Positions 1 through 9,181 of a DNA stretch of 64,000 nucleotides are shown one piece after another (position 1 is the first letter of the stretch; each line of letters opens with the position of its first letter). The stretch is taken from NCBI GenBank assembly GCA_041484665.1, contig JBGPIA010000001.1, positions 995,582 through 1,059,581 of the forward strand, given 5' to 3'. This stretch comes from Candidatus Krumholzibacteriia bacterium. GTDB lineage: Bacteria; Krumholzibacteriota; Krumholzibacteriia; JAJRXK01. The notes under the pieces are model-generated. The model worked only from the letters and a program-made list of their open reading frames with translations, made no database searches and was not told the origin of the DNA. The position numbers and the translations under genes were made by a program.

Positions 1-79
1 CCAGTGTAACGCCCCGCGGCCTGGATCGAAAGCATCGGTGGAGCACCGACTGGCTAGAAAGCTGCCACTCCTCTGCGGA

Positions 80-1225
80 TCAGCCCCGCACGAGCGTCTC
101 GACCGCCTCGGCCATGCGCTCCCACGAGTAGCGGAGCTTCTCGCGGGAAATGGCCGGCATGAAGCGCGCCTCCAGACCCTCGCGGAAATAGCGCACGATG
201 GCCGCGGCCAGCGCCGCCGGATTGGCCGGCGGCACGACCAGGCCGGTGCGCTCGTGCTCCACCACCTCGGCCAGCCCGCCGACATCGGTGCAGATCACCG
301 GGCGCTCGAGCTGCCAGGCGATGGGGACGATTCCGCTCTGCGTCGCCGAGCGGTAGGGCAGCACGACCACGTCGGCCGCGGAGAAATAGAGGCCGACCTG
401 CTCGTTGGGAACGTAACCGTCGTGCAGGATCACTGCGTCCTGCAGGCCCAGGCGTGCCACGTGGCGCTCGCTGTCGGCCTTGCCCCCGTAGAACTCGCCC
501 AAGATGAGCAGCTGCGCGGGCAGCTCGCGGCGCACCAGCGGGAGCGCGTCCAGCACGACATCGAGACCCTTGTACGGGCGCACGAAGCCGAAGAACAACA
601 GCAATGGGGTCTCTGGATCGAGCCTCAGCTGCGCGCGCGCCGCGCGCTTCTCGATGCGCTCGCCGAACAGGTTGTACACGGGATGCGGCACCTCGAGGAA
701 GCGGGCCGCCGGGGCCATGCGCAGGAGGTCGTCGCGCACCACGTTCGATTGCACGATGTAGGCGTCGACTCCGCCCATGAACCAACGGGTCAAGGCAGAG
801 TCGAGCAGACGCCGCTCGTGCGGGATCAGGTTGTCGAGGATCGCGATCACCCGCGGCCGGTCGCCATCGAGGGGACGCGGGCGCGTGCGGCGCGCCCCGC
901 GCGCGATCCATCCATACGCCGGCGCGAAGAACGGCATCCAGTACTTCAGCACCAGCCCGTCCGGACGCCACCGGCCCAGGTGCGCGATCGTCCGCTGCCA
1001 CGACCACGGCCCGATCGAATCGACCAGCGGCGTCGCGGGAAAGCGCAGCGGGTCCTCGCTGGTGTCGAGCTGGGTCTTCCCCGGGAACAGCAGCGAAGGA
1101 TACTGGCGGGTGAAGGAGATGAACTCGATCGCGTTGCGCTTGGACAGCTCGCGCGCCAGCAGCGCGTTGTACTGCGCGATCCCGCCGCGCATCGGCCACG
1201 CGGTGCCCAGCAGCGCGATCCTCAC
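80..1225 (-). CDS. Glycosyltransferase family 4 (GT-B)
   Basis: GTG start at 1225 overlaps the upstream TGA (GTGA). Motifs RIALLGTAWPMRGGIAQY, LFFGFVRPYKGLD and YRSATQSGI...PVICTDVGGLAEVV are typical GT4. Confidence 0.9.
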   Translation of the reverse strand: MRIALLGTAWPMRGGIAQYNALLARELSKRNAIEFISFTRQYPSLLFPGKTQLDTSEDPLRFPATPLVDSIGPWSWQRTIAHLGRWRPDGLVLKYWMPFFAPAYGWIARGARRTRPRPLDGDRPRVIAILDNLIPHERRLLDSALTRWFMGGVDAYIVQSNVVRDDLLRMAPAARFLEVPHPVYNLFGERIEKRAARAQLRLDPETPLLLFFGFVRPYKGLDVVLDALPLVRRELPAQLLILGEFYGGKADSERHVARLGLQDAVILHDGYVPNEQVGLYFSAADVVVLPYRSATQSGIVPIAWQLERPVICTDVGGLAEVVEHERTGLVVPPANPAALAAAIVRYFREGLEARFMPAISREKLRYSWERMAEAVETLVRG

Positions 1226-2250
1226 TCCTGCGTCACCCAGGTCTGCAGCCCCCGCTCCTCGAACGCGAAGGGCACGATCGTGCCCCCCTCCGCCTCGAGC
1301 GCGCGTGCCACGCGGTGCTTGCGCTCGAATGGCGCCTGCACGAGCAGGAAGCCGCCGCCCCCGGCACCGAGGATCTTCCCGCCAACCGCACCTTCGCGCC
1401 GGGCGATCCCGTAGAGCGCGTCGATCTGGGCGGTGGAGATCCCGGAGTCGAGGTGCTTCTTCGCCTCCCACGCCAGGTGCAGCCGCTCGCCGAACTCGCG
1501 GATCCGGTCGCGCAGCAGCAAGGCCTTCATCTCCAACGTGAGCGCCTTCATCCGGTCGAGCGACGCCACGACCTCGGCGTTCCCCGCGCGGTAGCTGCGG
1601 GTCTGGTTCTCCACGATGTGGGCCGAGAGCCGCGTCGCGCCCGTGTAGCACAAGAGCAGCGCGTACTCCAACTCGTTGCGGGTGTCGGGGCGCAAACGCA
1701 GCGGATTGACCACCGTGTGGTCGGCGTGGAACTCCATGAAGTTGAAGCCGCCAAATGTCGCGGCGTACTGGTCCTGGCGGCCGCCCGCGATCCCCAGGTC
1801 GATCCGTTCGACCTTGTAGGTGAGCTCGGCGATCTCGTAGGGAGTGAGCGGCACGCGCAGCCACTCCGCGACGACGCCGCAGAGCGTCGTGACCATGGTC
1901 GACGAGGAGCCGAGTCCGCTGCCCGGCGGAGCATCCGAGTGCAGGAAGATGTCGCAGCCGCACGGCAGCGCCTGCCCGGCCTCGAACTGGAAGTGATTGA
2001 GAACGCCCTTCACCAAATCGAGCTCGCCATCGGCGGAGAGCCGCTTGCCCGCCGGGTAGCTGCGGGTCAGGTCGTAGTCCAGGGAGGTGATGTGGATCTC
2101 CTCGTCGGGCCGCGGGCGCAGCGAGGCGTAGGCGTACTTGTCGACGGTGGCGGAGAGGACGACTCCGCCCCGCTCCTCGGGATAGGGCGAGACGTCGGTC
2201 CCCCCGCCGCAGAAGCTGATCCGCAGTGGCGCTTTGGCCCGGACGATCAT
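1222..2250 (-). CDS. hddA: D-glycero-alpha-D-manno-heptose-7-phosphate kinase (GHMP family)
   Basis: RAKAPLRISFCGGGTD, PPGSGLGSSS, GGRQDQYAATFGGFNFMEF and GGKILGAGGGGF motifs. Confidence 0.85.
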   Translation of the reverse strand: MIVRAKAPLRISFCGGGTDVSPYPEERGGVVLSATVDKYAYASLRPRPDEEIHITSLDYDLTRSYPAGKRLSADGELDLVKGVLNHFQFEAGQALPCGCDIFLHSDAPPGSGLGSSSTMVTTLCGVVAEWLRVPLTPYEIAELTYKVERIDLGIAGGRQDQYAATFGGFNFMEFHADHTVVNPLRLRPDTRNELEYALLLCYTGATRLSAHIVENQTRSYRAGNAEVVASLDRMKALTLEMKALLLRDRIREFGERLHLAWEAKKHLDSGISTAQIDALYGIARREGAVGGKILGAGGGGFLLVQAPFERKHRVARALEAEGGTIVPFAFEERGLQTWVTQE

Positions 2251-2308
2251 GCCGATCTCCTCGTCGTTGGCGGGCGACGCTCGATCATGCGGGGCGCCGC
2301 CGGGCGGG

Positions 2309-3046
2309 TCAAGGCGCCGGGCCCTCGAACCATGCATCGTAGCGGCGGAACTCGTCCTGCGCGCGCGAGAGGCGCTCTGGAGTCCCGATGTCGCAGAAGA
2401 ACCCGTCGCTGCGCACCGCGCGCAGGCGGTGCTCGCTCGCCAGCCGTGGAAGCAGCTCGCGCTCGAGGCTCCAGGCGCCTGTGGGCAGCTCGGCGAAGAA
2501 GCCGCGCGAGAGGGCGTAGACGCCGCCGTTGATCCAGCCGGGTCCGGTCGTTCCCTTCTCGAGAAAGGCGATCACCCGATCGGCTGCATCGAGCTCGACG
2601 CCACCGTACGCCGCTCGCTCCGCCTGCCGAACTGCCAGCAGACTGAGACCATCGCCGCCCTGCGCCCTATGGAGCGAGAGGAGCGCTCGCAGATCGGCCT
2701 GCACGAAGGAGTCGGCGTTGAGGACGAGGTTCAGGTCAAAGGCGGACAGCCTCGCCCCCGCGATCGCTCCCCCCGTGCCGAGGGCACAGGACTCCTCTGT
2801 CCACGTAAAGACGGCGGGATCGAAGCCCGAGAGGCGCGCCAGCTCGGGGAACGCAGCCCGCACCTCGTTCGCACCGAACCCCAGCAGAAAGTGGACGCGC
2901 GGGAAGCCCTGGCGGAAGAGAGCGCGCAGGACGTAGACCACGAAAGGACGTCCGGCCACCGGGACGATGGCCTTGGGCAGCGTCTGCGCCGGGCGGAGCC
3001 GAGTGCCGAGCCCTCCGCAGAGCAGGTGCACCTGGACTTCGTCCAT
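2309..3046 (-). CDS. Sugar-phosphate nucleotidyltransferase, HddC-like (heptose-1-P guanylyltransferase)
   Basis: LCGGLGTRLR...PKAIVPVAGRPF, LGTGGA, LNADSF, GWINGGVY and FCDIGTPE; adjacent to hddA. Start could instead be 3052 or 3082. Confidence 0.8.
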   Translation of the reverse strand: MDEVQVHLLCGGLGTRLRPAQTLPKAIVPVAGRPFVVYVLRALFRQGFPRVHFLLGFGANEVRAAFPELARLSGFDPAVFTWTEESCALGTGGAIAGARLSAFDLNLVLNADSFVQADLRALLSLHRAQGGDGLSLLAVRQAERAAYGGVELDAADRVIAFLEKGTTGPGWINGGVYALSRGFFAELPTGAWSLERELLPRLASEHRLRAVRSDGFFCDIGTPERLSRAQDEFRRYDAWFEGPAP

Positions 3047-3089
3047 CTTCACGGGAAGCCTCAGGGTACGCGCGCGGTGCATGTCCCGG

Positions 3090-3118
3090 ATTGTTCGGGC
3101 CGTCCGGGCCCGGGTCAA
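3090..3118 (-). promoter_or_regulatory. Putative sigma70 promoter for hddC-hddA-GT4
   Basis: TTGACC-N17-AACAAT on the minus strand; an in-frame ATG (3082) lies 7 nt downstream. Confidence 0.35.
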
Positions 3119-3145
3119 GCGGAGACGCCACTTGTCCGCAGGCCT

Positions 3146-3175
3146 TTGACAGTGCTGCTGGGCGGGGCCTATGAT
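3146..3175 (+). promoter_or_regulatory. Putative sigma70 promoter for the TMTC-like gene
   Basis: TTGACA-N18-TATGAT, near consensus, 15 nt before ATG 3191. Confidence 0.55.
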
Positions 3176-3190
3176 CGCGGCGACCTGCCG

Positions 3191-5065
3191 ATGGCGCGAG
3201 CCCACCCCACCCCGCAGACTTCCCCACCGCACGCTCCGGCGCAGGCATCCATTCGCGTGAGGCGACTCGCGCCGGCCCTGCTGGTCCTGCTCACGGCGCT
3301 CATCTACCTGCCGTCGATCGGGGGGGAGTTCGTCTGGGACGACCGCCAGCTGATCGAGACGAATGCGCAGGTCCAACAGATCGCCAGCCTGCCGCGGGCG
3401 TTCGTCACCGGTTTCATCACCGACCCCGCGCTCAAGGCATCGTACTACCGGCCACTCGCCACCGTGTCGTACATGGTCGACTTCCTCCTCTGGCGCGATA
3501 CGCCGCGCGGCTATCACGTGACCAATGTCGTGCTGCAGGCACTGGTGTGCCTGCTCGTCTACGCGGTCGCGCTGGTGCTCTTGCGCAACGTCTGGGCCGC
3601 GCTTTTCGCCGGAGCGCTCTTTGCGGCCCACCCTGTCCATAGCGAGAGCGTCGCATGGATCTCCGGACGGACCGACGTGCTGGCGGCGCTCATGCTTCTC
3701 CCCTCGTTCCTGTTCTACGCTCGCTACTGCGAGCGCGGTACGCAACGGCGGTGGCTGCTGCTCTCGTCGCTGTGCCTGTTCCTCGCGCTGTTGGCCAAGG
3801 AGACGGTGATCGTCTTCCCCGCGCTCTGGCTCGTCTTCGGCCTCGCGGTGGGCCGCCGCAAGCGCGCGCTCGCGCTGGACGCCGCGGGGCTGACCGCCGC
3901 CGCCGCCGCCTACCTCTTGCTGCGTCGCATCGTCGTCCTCGGGACGCTCGCGCCCGAAGTGGCGATTGCGGCCAGACACCGGATCCTGGCCGCGCCGGCG
4001 AATCTGCTCGAGGCGCTGCGCCTGCTGTACGTCTCCGGGATCGGCCGGCCCTACCACGGCCTGGCGTTCTCCATGTCGATGCCCGCGTGGCGCGTGGCTG
4101 CGTCGTGGGCGGCTTTGGCCGTGGGGCTGGCCGGCGCCCTTAGGCTCTGGCGCCGCAGCCGCCTCGCCACCTTTACCGTCGCCTGGGCCGTCGCCGGCGT
4201 GTGGCCGGTGCTCAATCTCATCCAGCTGCCGCGCCTGATCCTCGCCGAGCGGCTGCTGTTCTTGGGCACCATCGGCGCCTGCCTGACCTACGGGCTCGCG
4301 GCCCGCGCCCTGCTGTCCAGAGCGGGCAAACGGGCCACCACCGCGCTGGGCGTCCTGGCGCTGGTCGCCGTAGGGGGTTGGTCGGCGTGCGCGGTGATCG
4401 GCGCGCGGCCCTGGCGCGACGGCATCAGCCTCTGGACGGCCGTCTCACAGCTCGCCGATCGTCACGGCGGCGACGGCTTCTGGAGCTACGAGCGTGCCGA
4501 ATACCACGCGAACCTCAGTCTGCTGCTGTACAACGCAAAGCGCTTCGACGAGGCCTTGCGCAGCGCGGTGGCGGCAACCAACATCCAGCCCCGGTATGCC
4601 GGAGGGCACCGCGCCGCCGGCATGGCACTGGGCGCGCTCGGCCGCATGGAGGAGTCGTTGCAGGAGCACCGCGTCGCGCTCGAGTTGGGGCCGAACCTCC
4701 CCGAGGTCCACAGCAGCTTCGGCGTCGAGCTGATCCGGTTCCACCGCTACGAGGAGGCCCTCGAGCAGCTGCGGATGGCAGCGCGGCTCGACCCGGCCGG
4801 CCCGGCGGCCTACCGCGCGATGGGCTACGCCTACACTCACCTCGCGCGCTGGCCGGAAGCGGTCGACAGCTTCGGCCACGCGGTGCAGCTCTTGCCGGGC
4901 AGCCTGGCCGCGCGCGGCGAGTACGCGTCCGCACTGCTGGCGGCGGGGGAACGACAGCGGGCCATCGAGCAGCTCGAGCTCATCGCGCGCGAAGGGCGCG
5001 GCCGCCCCGAAGGGAGGACGGCGCAGGAGCAGCTGGGAAGGCTCCGCGGGGGACCACCGCCCTAA
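3191..5065 (+). CDS. TMTC-like GT-C glycosyltransferase (multi-TM, C-terminal TPR repeats)
   Basis: GGEFVWDDRQLI, YYRPL, YHVTNVVL, LFAAHPVHSESVAWISGRTDVL, ALLAKET and AERLLFL motifs, followed by TPR-like helical repeats. Confidence 0.85.
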   Translation: MARAHPTPQTSPPHAPAQASIRVRRLAPALLVLLTALIYLPSIGGEFVWDDRQLIETNAQVQQIASLPRAFVTGFITDPALKASYYRPLATVSYMVDFLLWRDTPRGYHVTNVVLQALVCLLVYAVALVLLRNVWAALFAGALFAAHPVHSESVAWISGRTDVLAALMLLPSFLFYARYCERGTQRRWLLLSSLCLFLALLAKETVIVFPALWLVFGLAVGRRKRALALDAAGLTAAAAAYLLLRRIVVLGTLAPEVAIAARHRILAAPANLLEALRLLYVSGIGRPYHGLAFSMSMPAWRVAASWAALAVGLAGALRLWRRSRLATFTVAWAVAGVWPVLNLIQLPRLILAERLLFLGTIGACLTYGLAARALLSRAGKRATTALGVLALVAVGGWSACAVIGARPWRDGISLWTAVSQLADRHGGDGFWSYERAEYHANLSLLLYNAKRFDEALRSAVAATNIQPRYAGGHRAAGMALGALGRMEESLQEHRVALELGPNLPEVHSSFGVELIRFHRYEEALEQLRMAARLDPAGPAAYRAMGYAYTHLARWPEAVDSFGHAVQLLPGSLAARGEYASALLAAGERQRAIEQLELIAREGRGRPEGRTAQEQLGRLRGGPPP

Positions 5066-5167
5066 GCGGTGGGCGCGCGTGCGTGGATCCGCCGCGGTGC
5101 GACCCGCGTCGCACCGTGTGGTAAGCTGCATCCCACGGCTCTTGCCACGAGCGAGGACGAACGCGCG

Positions 5168-8077
5168 ATGAATGAAGATGCCCAGCGCGGGAGCCTGCTT
5201 AGCGCGACCCCGGTGGGCTCGCGGAACTACCGGCTGTTCGCGCTCGGGCTGCTCGTTCTCGCGCTGGGATACGTGGCACTCGCGCACGGCCCCTACGACA
5301 GCCGGCTCTCGCTGGACGTCGCGCCGCTGTTGCTGGCCCTGGGCTACTGCGTCCTGATCCCGGCAGCGATCATGGCGCGGCGCGGGCGTCGCGCCCCGGG
5401 CGGCGGCGGTGGCAGTGTCCGCGGCGACGCCCGGGCTGGCGGAGGTGGAGGCGATGGCGCCGGCGCAGGCGCACCGGTCGACCGCGGCGGGCTGCGCGAT
5501 CCCACCAGCCTGCTGGCAGCGCTCGTCGGGTTGGTTGCGTTCCTCGTCTACCGGCGCACGCTCGCGCCCAGCGTCACGCTCTGGGACTCGGGTGAGCTGG
5601 TCACCGCGGCGTACGTGCTGGGGATCACCCATCCGCCGGGAGCGCCGCTCTACGTCTTGCTCGGCCGGCTCGCGTCCATGATCCCGTGGACTGCCGACGT
5701 CGCCGCGCGCGTCAATCTGATGTCCGCGCTGTTCGCGGCGGCGACCTCGGCGGTCGTGTTCCTCCTGATCGTGCGCCTCGCGCGCTACTGGCGCGCCGGC
5801 AGCGACGAGACCGTCGGGCGGCGGGTGGCGTGGGCAGGCGGGCTGGTCGGCGCTCTCGCCTTCACGTTTTCCGACGCGCAGTGGTCCAATGCGCTGGAGG
5901 CGGAGCTCTACGCGCCGTACCTCTGTCTCACGGCGCTCGTCCTGTGGCTCGCGCTGCGCTGGGCGCAGGAGAGGGGCGACGCCAGGTTGGACCGGCTGCT
6001 GCTTCTGGCGTTCTACCTCTCGGGGCTCGCGCTGGGTGTCCACGTGCTCCACGCGCTGGCACTGCCAGCGGCCTTCCTGCTCGTGATCTTCCGCCGCCGC
6101 GGGCTGTCCGCGGGCCGCGTGGCCCTGCTGTTCGCGGCCGCCGCGCTGGGCACCGGACTGATTTACCCGGGCATCGAGCGATGGGTCCCTCTGCTGCTGA
6201 GCAGGCTGGGCCCGGCGGGGCTCGCGCTGCTGCTGATCGTTCCGCCGCTGCTGGTCTGGGGAGCGCTGCGCTCGCGCGATCGGGCGCGGGTGATTCTGGC
6301 CCTGGGGCTCGCGCTCGTGCTGCTGGGCTTCTCCACCTACGCGATCTGCTACGTGCGATCGACGCTGGACCCGCCCGTCGACCAGAACGATCCGCAGACC
6401 GCGGTACAGCTCGAGCGCTACCTGGGCCGCGAGCAGTACGGCCACTGGACGATCCTGCCCCGTCGCGCGCCGCTGTGGGACTACCAGATCGAGAAGATGT
6501 ACGTGCGCTACTTCGGCTGGCAGTTCGTGGGCAAGGACAATGCCCGCGGGCGCGACGGACGGCTCTCCACGACGCTGTCGCTGCAAGGCCTGTGGGGCTT
6601 GCCGTTCTTGCTGGGCGTGCTTGGGCTCGCGGTCCACTTCCGGCGGGACTGGCGCCGGGCAAGCACGGTGCTGCTCTTGCTGCTCATGCTCAGCCTGGCC
6701 GTGATCGTCTACATCAACCAGGAGGACCCGCAACTGCGCGAGCGGGATTACTCCTATACCGGCTCCTTCCTGGCGTTCGCCCTCTGGATCGGCTTGGGGG
6801 CCGCCTGGTTGCTCGAGCGCGCAGCGTACCTCACGCGGCAGAGTCCGCGGGCGTTGCGCCTGGCCGCGGTCGGCGGCGCGTTCCTGGGGCTACTGCTGGT
6901 TCCCGCGCGCATGCTGGCGGTGAATCTCCCGGCGCACGACCGCAGCAAGGACGTCTTCGCGTACGACTTCGCCTACGACCTGCTCCACACCTGCGCCAAA
7001 GACGCCATCCTGCTCAGCCGGGGCGACAACGACACCTATCCCCTCTGGTGCCTGCAGGAGGTCTACGGGGTTCGCCCGGACGTACAGGTCGTCAATCTCC
7101 AGCTGCTCAACGCTCCCTGGTACGTCAAGCAGCTCAAGCACGGACAGCCCGGATGCCCCGTGCGCTGGAGCGATGCGCAGATCGACGCATTGCAGCCGCT
7201 GGACTGGCCGCAAGCGCGGTCGGTCTCCGTGCCGGTAACGCCCCAGGCGCGGTCCGCGTGGACGGCCGGCCTGGCGCTGCCCGATTCCCTGGCCGCGCTC
7301 GCCGCGGCGCCGGCGGCCTCGTTCTCGATCGGACCCTCGTTGAGCAACGATCGGCTGCTCGTCCGAGACGAGGCCCTGCTTCACATCCTGATCGAGAACG
7401 CCTTCCTTCGTCCCGTCTACCTGGCGCCGGCAACCGCGCAGGAGCTGCGCAACATGCGCCTCGACGGCTACCTGCGCGTCGAGGGCTACGCATCGCGCCT
7501 GCTCCCGGTGCGCGGGGGATGGCGGCTGCTCGATCGCAGCGTGTTGCGTGAGAACCTCCTGCACCGGTACCGGTACACCGGGCTGACCGATCCCAGCATC
7601 CCGTTCGATCACGAGACCGCCGGCCTGGTGGAGGACCTGCGGGCGGCGTTCCTGACGCTGGCGGAGTGTGACCTCCTGGCCGGGGCCAAGGCCGACGCTG
7701 TCGCGACACTTGAGCACATGGGCCGTTGCGTCTCCGAGTCGGTCTTCCCGTTCCGCTTCGCCGCCGACGAGCTGCGCGTCGGGCGCATCGGGCACCTGGC
7801 AGGCGACGACACCGTCCTGCAGGGCCGCGTCCGCGGCGTGCTGCTGCGCTACGCGCTCTCGCCCCAGGAGAAGATGACGTTGGCCGCCATGCTGCTGCAC
7901 CCGCTTGGCCAGCGGGCCGTGGCCGATTCGCTCGTGGCGTCGGTACTCGGCGGGCGGCTCGACGCGCCGCTCGACGGCGCGGCCTTGCTGGCCAACTACC
8001 AACGGCTGCTCGGCGACGCGGCGGGCGTCGACACGGTCTCGGCGTGGCTGCGGGACTGGGCGAAGGGCAGCCGGTGA
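5168..8077 (+). CDS. DUF2723/TMEM260-like GT-C membrane glycosyltransferase with N-terminal DUF3098-like two-helix module
   Basis: TLAPSVTLWDSGELVTAAYVLGITHPPGAPLYVLLGRL, WSNALEAELYA, YLGREQYG, RERDYSY and GDNDTYPLW. N-terminus RNYRLFALGLLVLALGY...LSLDVAPLLLALGYCVLIPAAIM. Confidence 0.85.
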   Translation: MNEDAQRGSLLSATPVGSRNYRLFALGLLVLALGYVALAHGPYDSRLSLDVAPLLLALGYCVLIPAAIMARRGRRAPGGGGGSVRGDARAGGGGGDGAGAGAPVDRGGLRDPTSLLAALVGLVAFLVYRRTLAPSVTLWDSGELVTAAYVLGITHPPGAPLYVLLGRLASMIPWTADVAARVNLMSALFAAATSAVVFLLIVRLARYWRAGSDETVGRRVAWAGGLVGALAFTFSDAQWSNALEAELYAPYLCLTALVLWLALRWAQERGDARLDRLLLLAFYLSGLALGVHVLHALALPAAFLLVIFRRRGLSAGRVALLFAAAALGTGLIYPGIERWVPLLLSRLGPAGLALLLIVPPLLVWGALRSRDRARVILALGLALVLLGFSTYAICYVRSTLDPPVDQNDPQTAVQLERYLGREQYGHWTILPRRAPLWDYQIEKMYVRYFGWQFVGKDNARGRDGRLSTTLSLQGLWGLPFLLGVLGLAVHFRRDWRRASTVLLLLLMLSLAVIVYINQEDPQLRERDYSYTGSFLAFALWIGLGAAWLLERAAYLTRQSPRALRLAAVGGAFLGLLLVPARMLAVNLPAHDRSKDVFAYDFAYDLLHTCAKDAILLSRGDNDTYPLWCLQEVYGVRPDVQVVNLQLLNAPWYVKQLKHGQPGCPVRWSDAQIDALQPLDWPQARSVSVPVTPQARSAWTAGLALPDSLAALAAAPAASFSIGPSLSNDRLLVRDEALLHILIENAFLRPVYLAPATAQELRNMRLDGYLRVEGYASRLLPVRGGWRLLDRSVLRENLLHRYRYTGLTDPSIPFDHETAGLVEDLRAAFLTLAECDLLAGAKADAVATLEHMGRCVSESVFPFRFAADELRVGRIGHLAGDDTVLQGRVRGVLLRYALSPQEKMTLAAMLLHPLGQRAVADSLVASVLGGRLDAPLDGAALLANYQRLLGDAAGVDTVSAWLRDWAKGSR

Positions 8078-9174
8078 CCGCAAAAGCCGAGGTGGCGCAA
8101 GCTCCCGTCCCGGCGGGCGGAGCTCGTCCGCCGGCCGGCGCTGCCCCACTGGTGAGCATCGTCATCCCCCATTACAACGGACGGGAGATCCTGCTGCGCT
8201 GCCTCGCCGCGCTGGCGCAGGATGGTTATCGTCCCGTCGAGATTATCGTCGTCGACAACGCGTCCATGGACGGCAGCGGCGACGAGGCCGCGCAGATCCA
8301 CCCCGCGGTGCAGCTGATCAAGTCGCCGCGCAACCTCGGATTCGCCGGCGGCTGCAACCTGGGCATGCGCACGGCGCGTGGCAAGTATTTCGTCCTGCTC
8401 AACAACGACGCGGTGGTCACGCCCGGCTGGCTGGGCCGGCTGGTGGAGCTGGCCGAGCAGGACGAGCGGATCGCGGCGCTGCAGCCCAAGGTCCTCTCGC
8501 TGGACCGCCCCTCCCATTTCGACTATGCGGCGGCGGCGGGCGGGCTCATGGACCTGCTGGGATTCCCCTTCGCCCGCGGCCGCATCTTCTATACCTGCGA
8601 GGAGGACTTGGGCCAGTACGACGAGGTGTGCGAGATCTTCTGGGCCAGCGGCACCTGCGCGCTGTTGCGACGTTCCGCCCTCGAGCGCGTGGGCGACCTG
8701 GACGAGTCGTTCTTCGCGCACATGGAGGAGATCGACCTGGACTGGCGCCTGCACCTGGCGGGGTTCCGGGTGGTGTACTGCCCAGAGGCGACCGTGTACC
8801 ACAACGCCGGGACCACGCTCCCGCCGGAGCATCCACACAAGATCTTCCTCAACCACCGCAACGGTCTCGTGATGGTCCTCAAGAACTACTCGGCTTCCAC
8901 CCTGCTGTGGGTTCTGCCAGCGCGCCTGATGCTGGAGCTCGTGGCGGCGGGGTACTTCCTGCTGCGGGGCGACCTGCACCAGACGCGCGGGATCCTCCTG
9001 GCGCTGTGGGCGACAGGAGCCCGGCAGCCGCGGGCGATCATCGCCGGCCGGCGACGGGCGCAGGCGGTTCGTACGAGGACGGACCGCGCGGTGATGCGGC
9101 GTATGTACCGTGGCAGCGTCGTCTGGGAGTACTTCGTGCGCCGCCGCCGGACCTGCGGTGAGCTGCTGCGCTAG
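8074..9174 (+). CDS. Glycosyltransferase family 2
   Basis: VSIVIPHYNG, IVVDNASMDGS, NLGFAGGCNLG, LLNND and FFAHMEEIDLDWRL; GTGA overlap with the upstream gene. Confidence 0.9.
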   Translation: MTAKAEVAQAPVPAGGARPPAGAAPLVSIVIPHYNGREILLRCLAALAQDGYRPVEIIVVDNASMDGSGDEAAQIHPAVQLIKSPRNLGFAGGCNLGMRTARGKYFVLLNNDAVVTPGWLGRLVELAEQDERIAALQPKVLSLDRPSHFDYAAAAGGLMDLLGFPFARGRIFYTCEEDLGQYDEVCEIFWASGTCALLRRSALERVGDLDESFFAHMEEIDLDWRLHLAGFRVVYCPEATVYHNAGTTLPPEHPHKIFLNHRNGLVMVLKNYSASTLLWVLPARLMLELVAAGYFLLRGDLHQTRGILLALWATGARQPRAIIAGRRRAQAVRTRTDRAVMRRMYRGSVVWEYFVRRRRTCGELLR

Positions 9175-9181
9175 CGCGGCC

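Noticed and set aside
2234..3190. N-terminal 319 aa of the 943-aa ORF
   Set aside because: Antisense shadow of the nucleotidyltransferase; the promoter and TMTC homology support a start at 3191.
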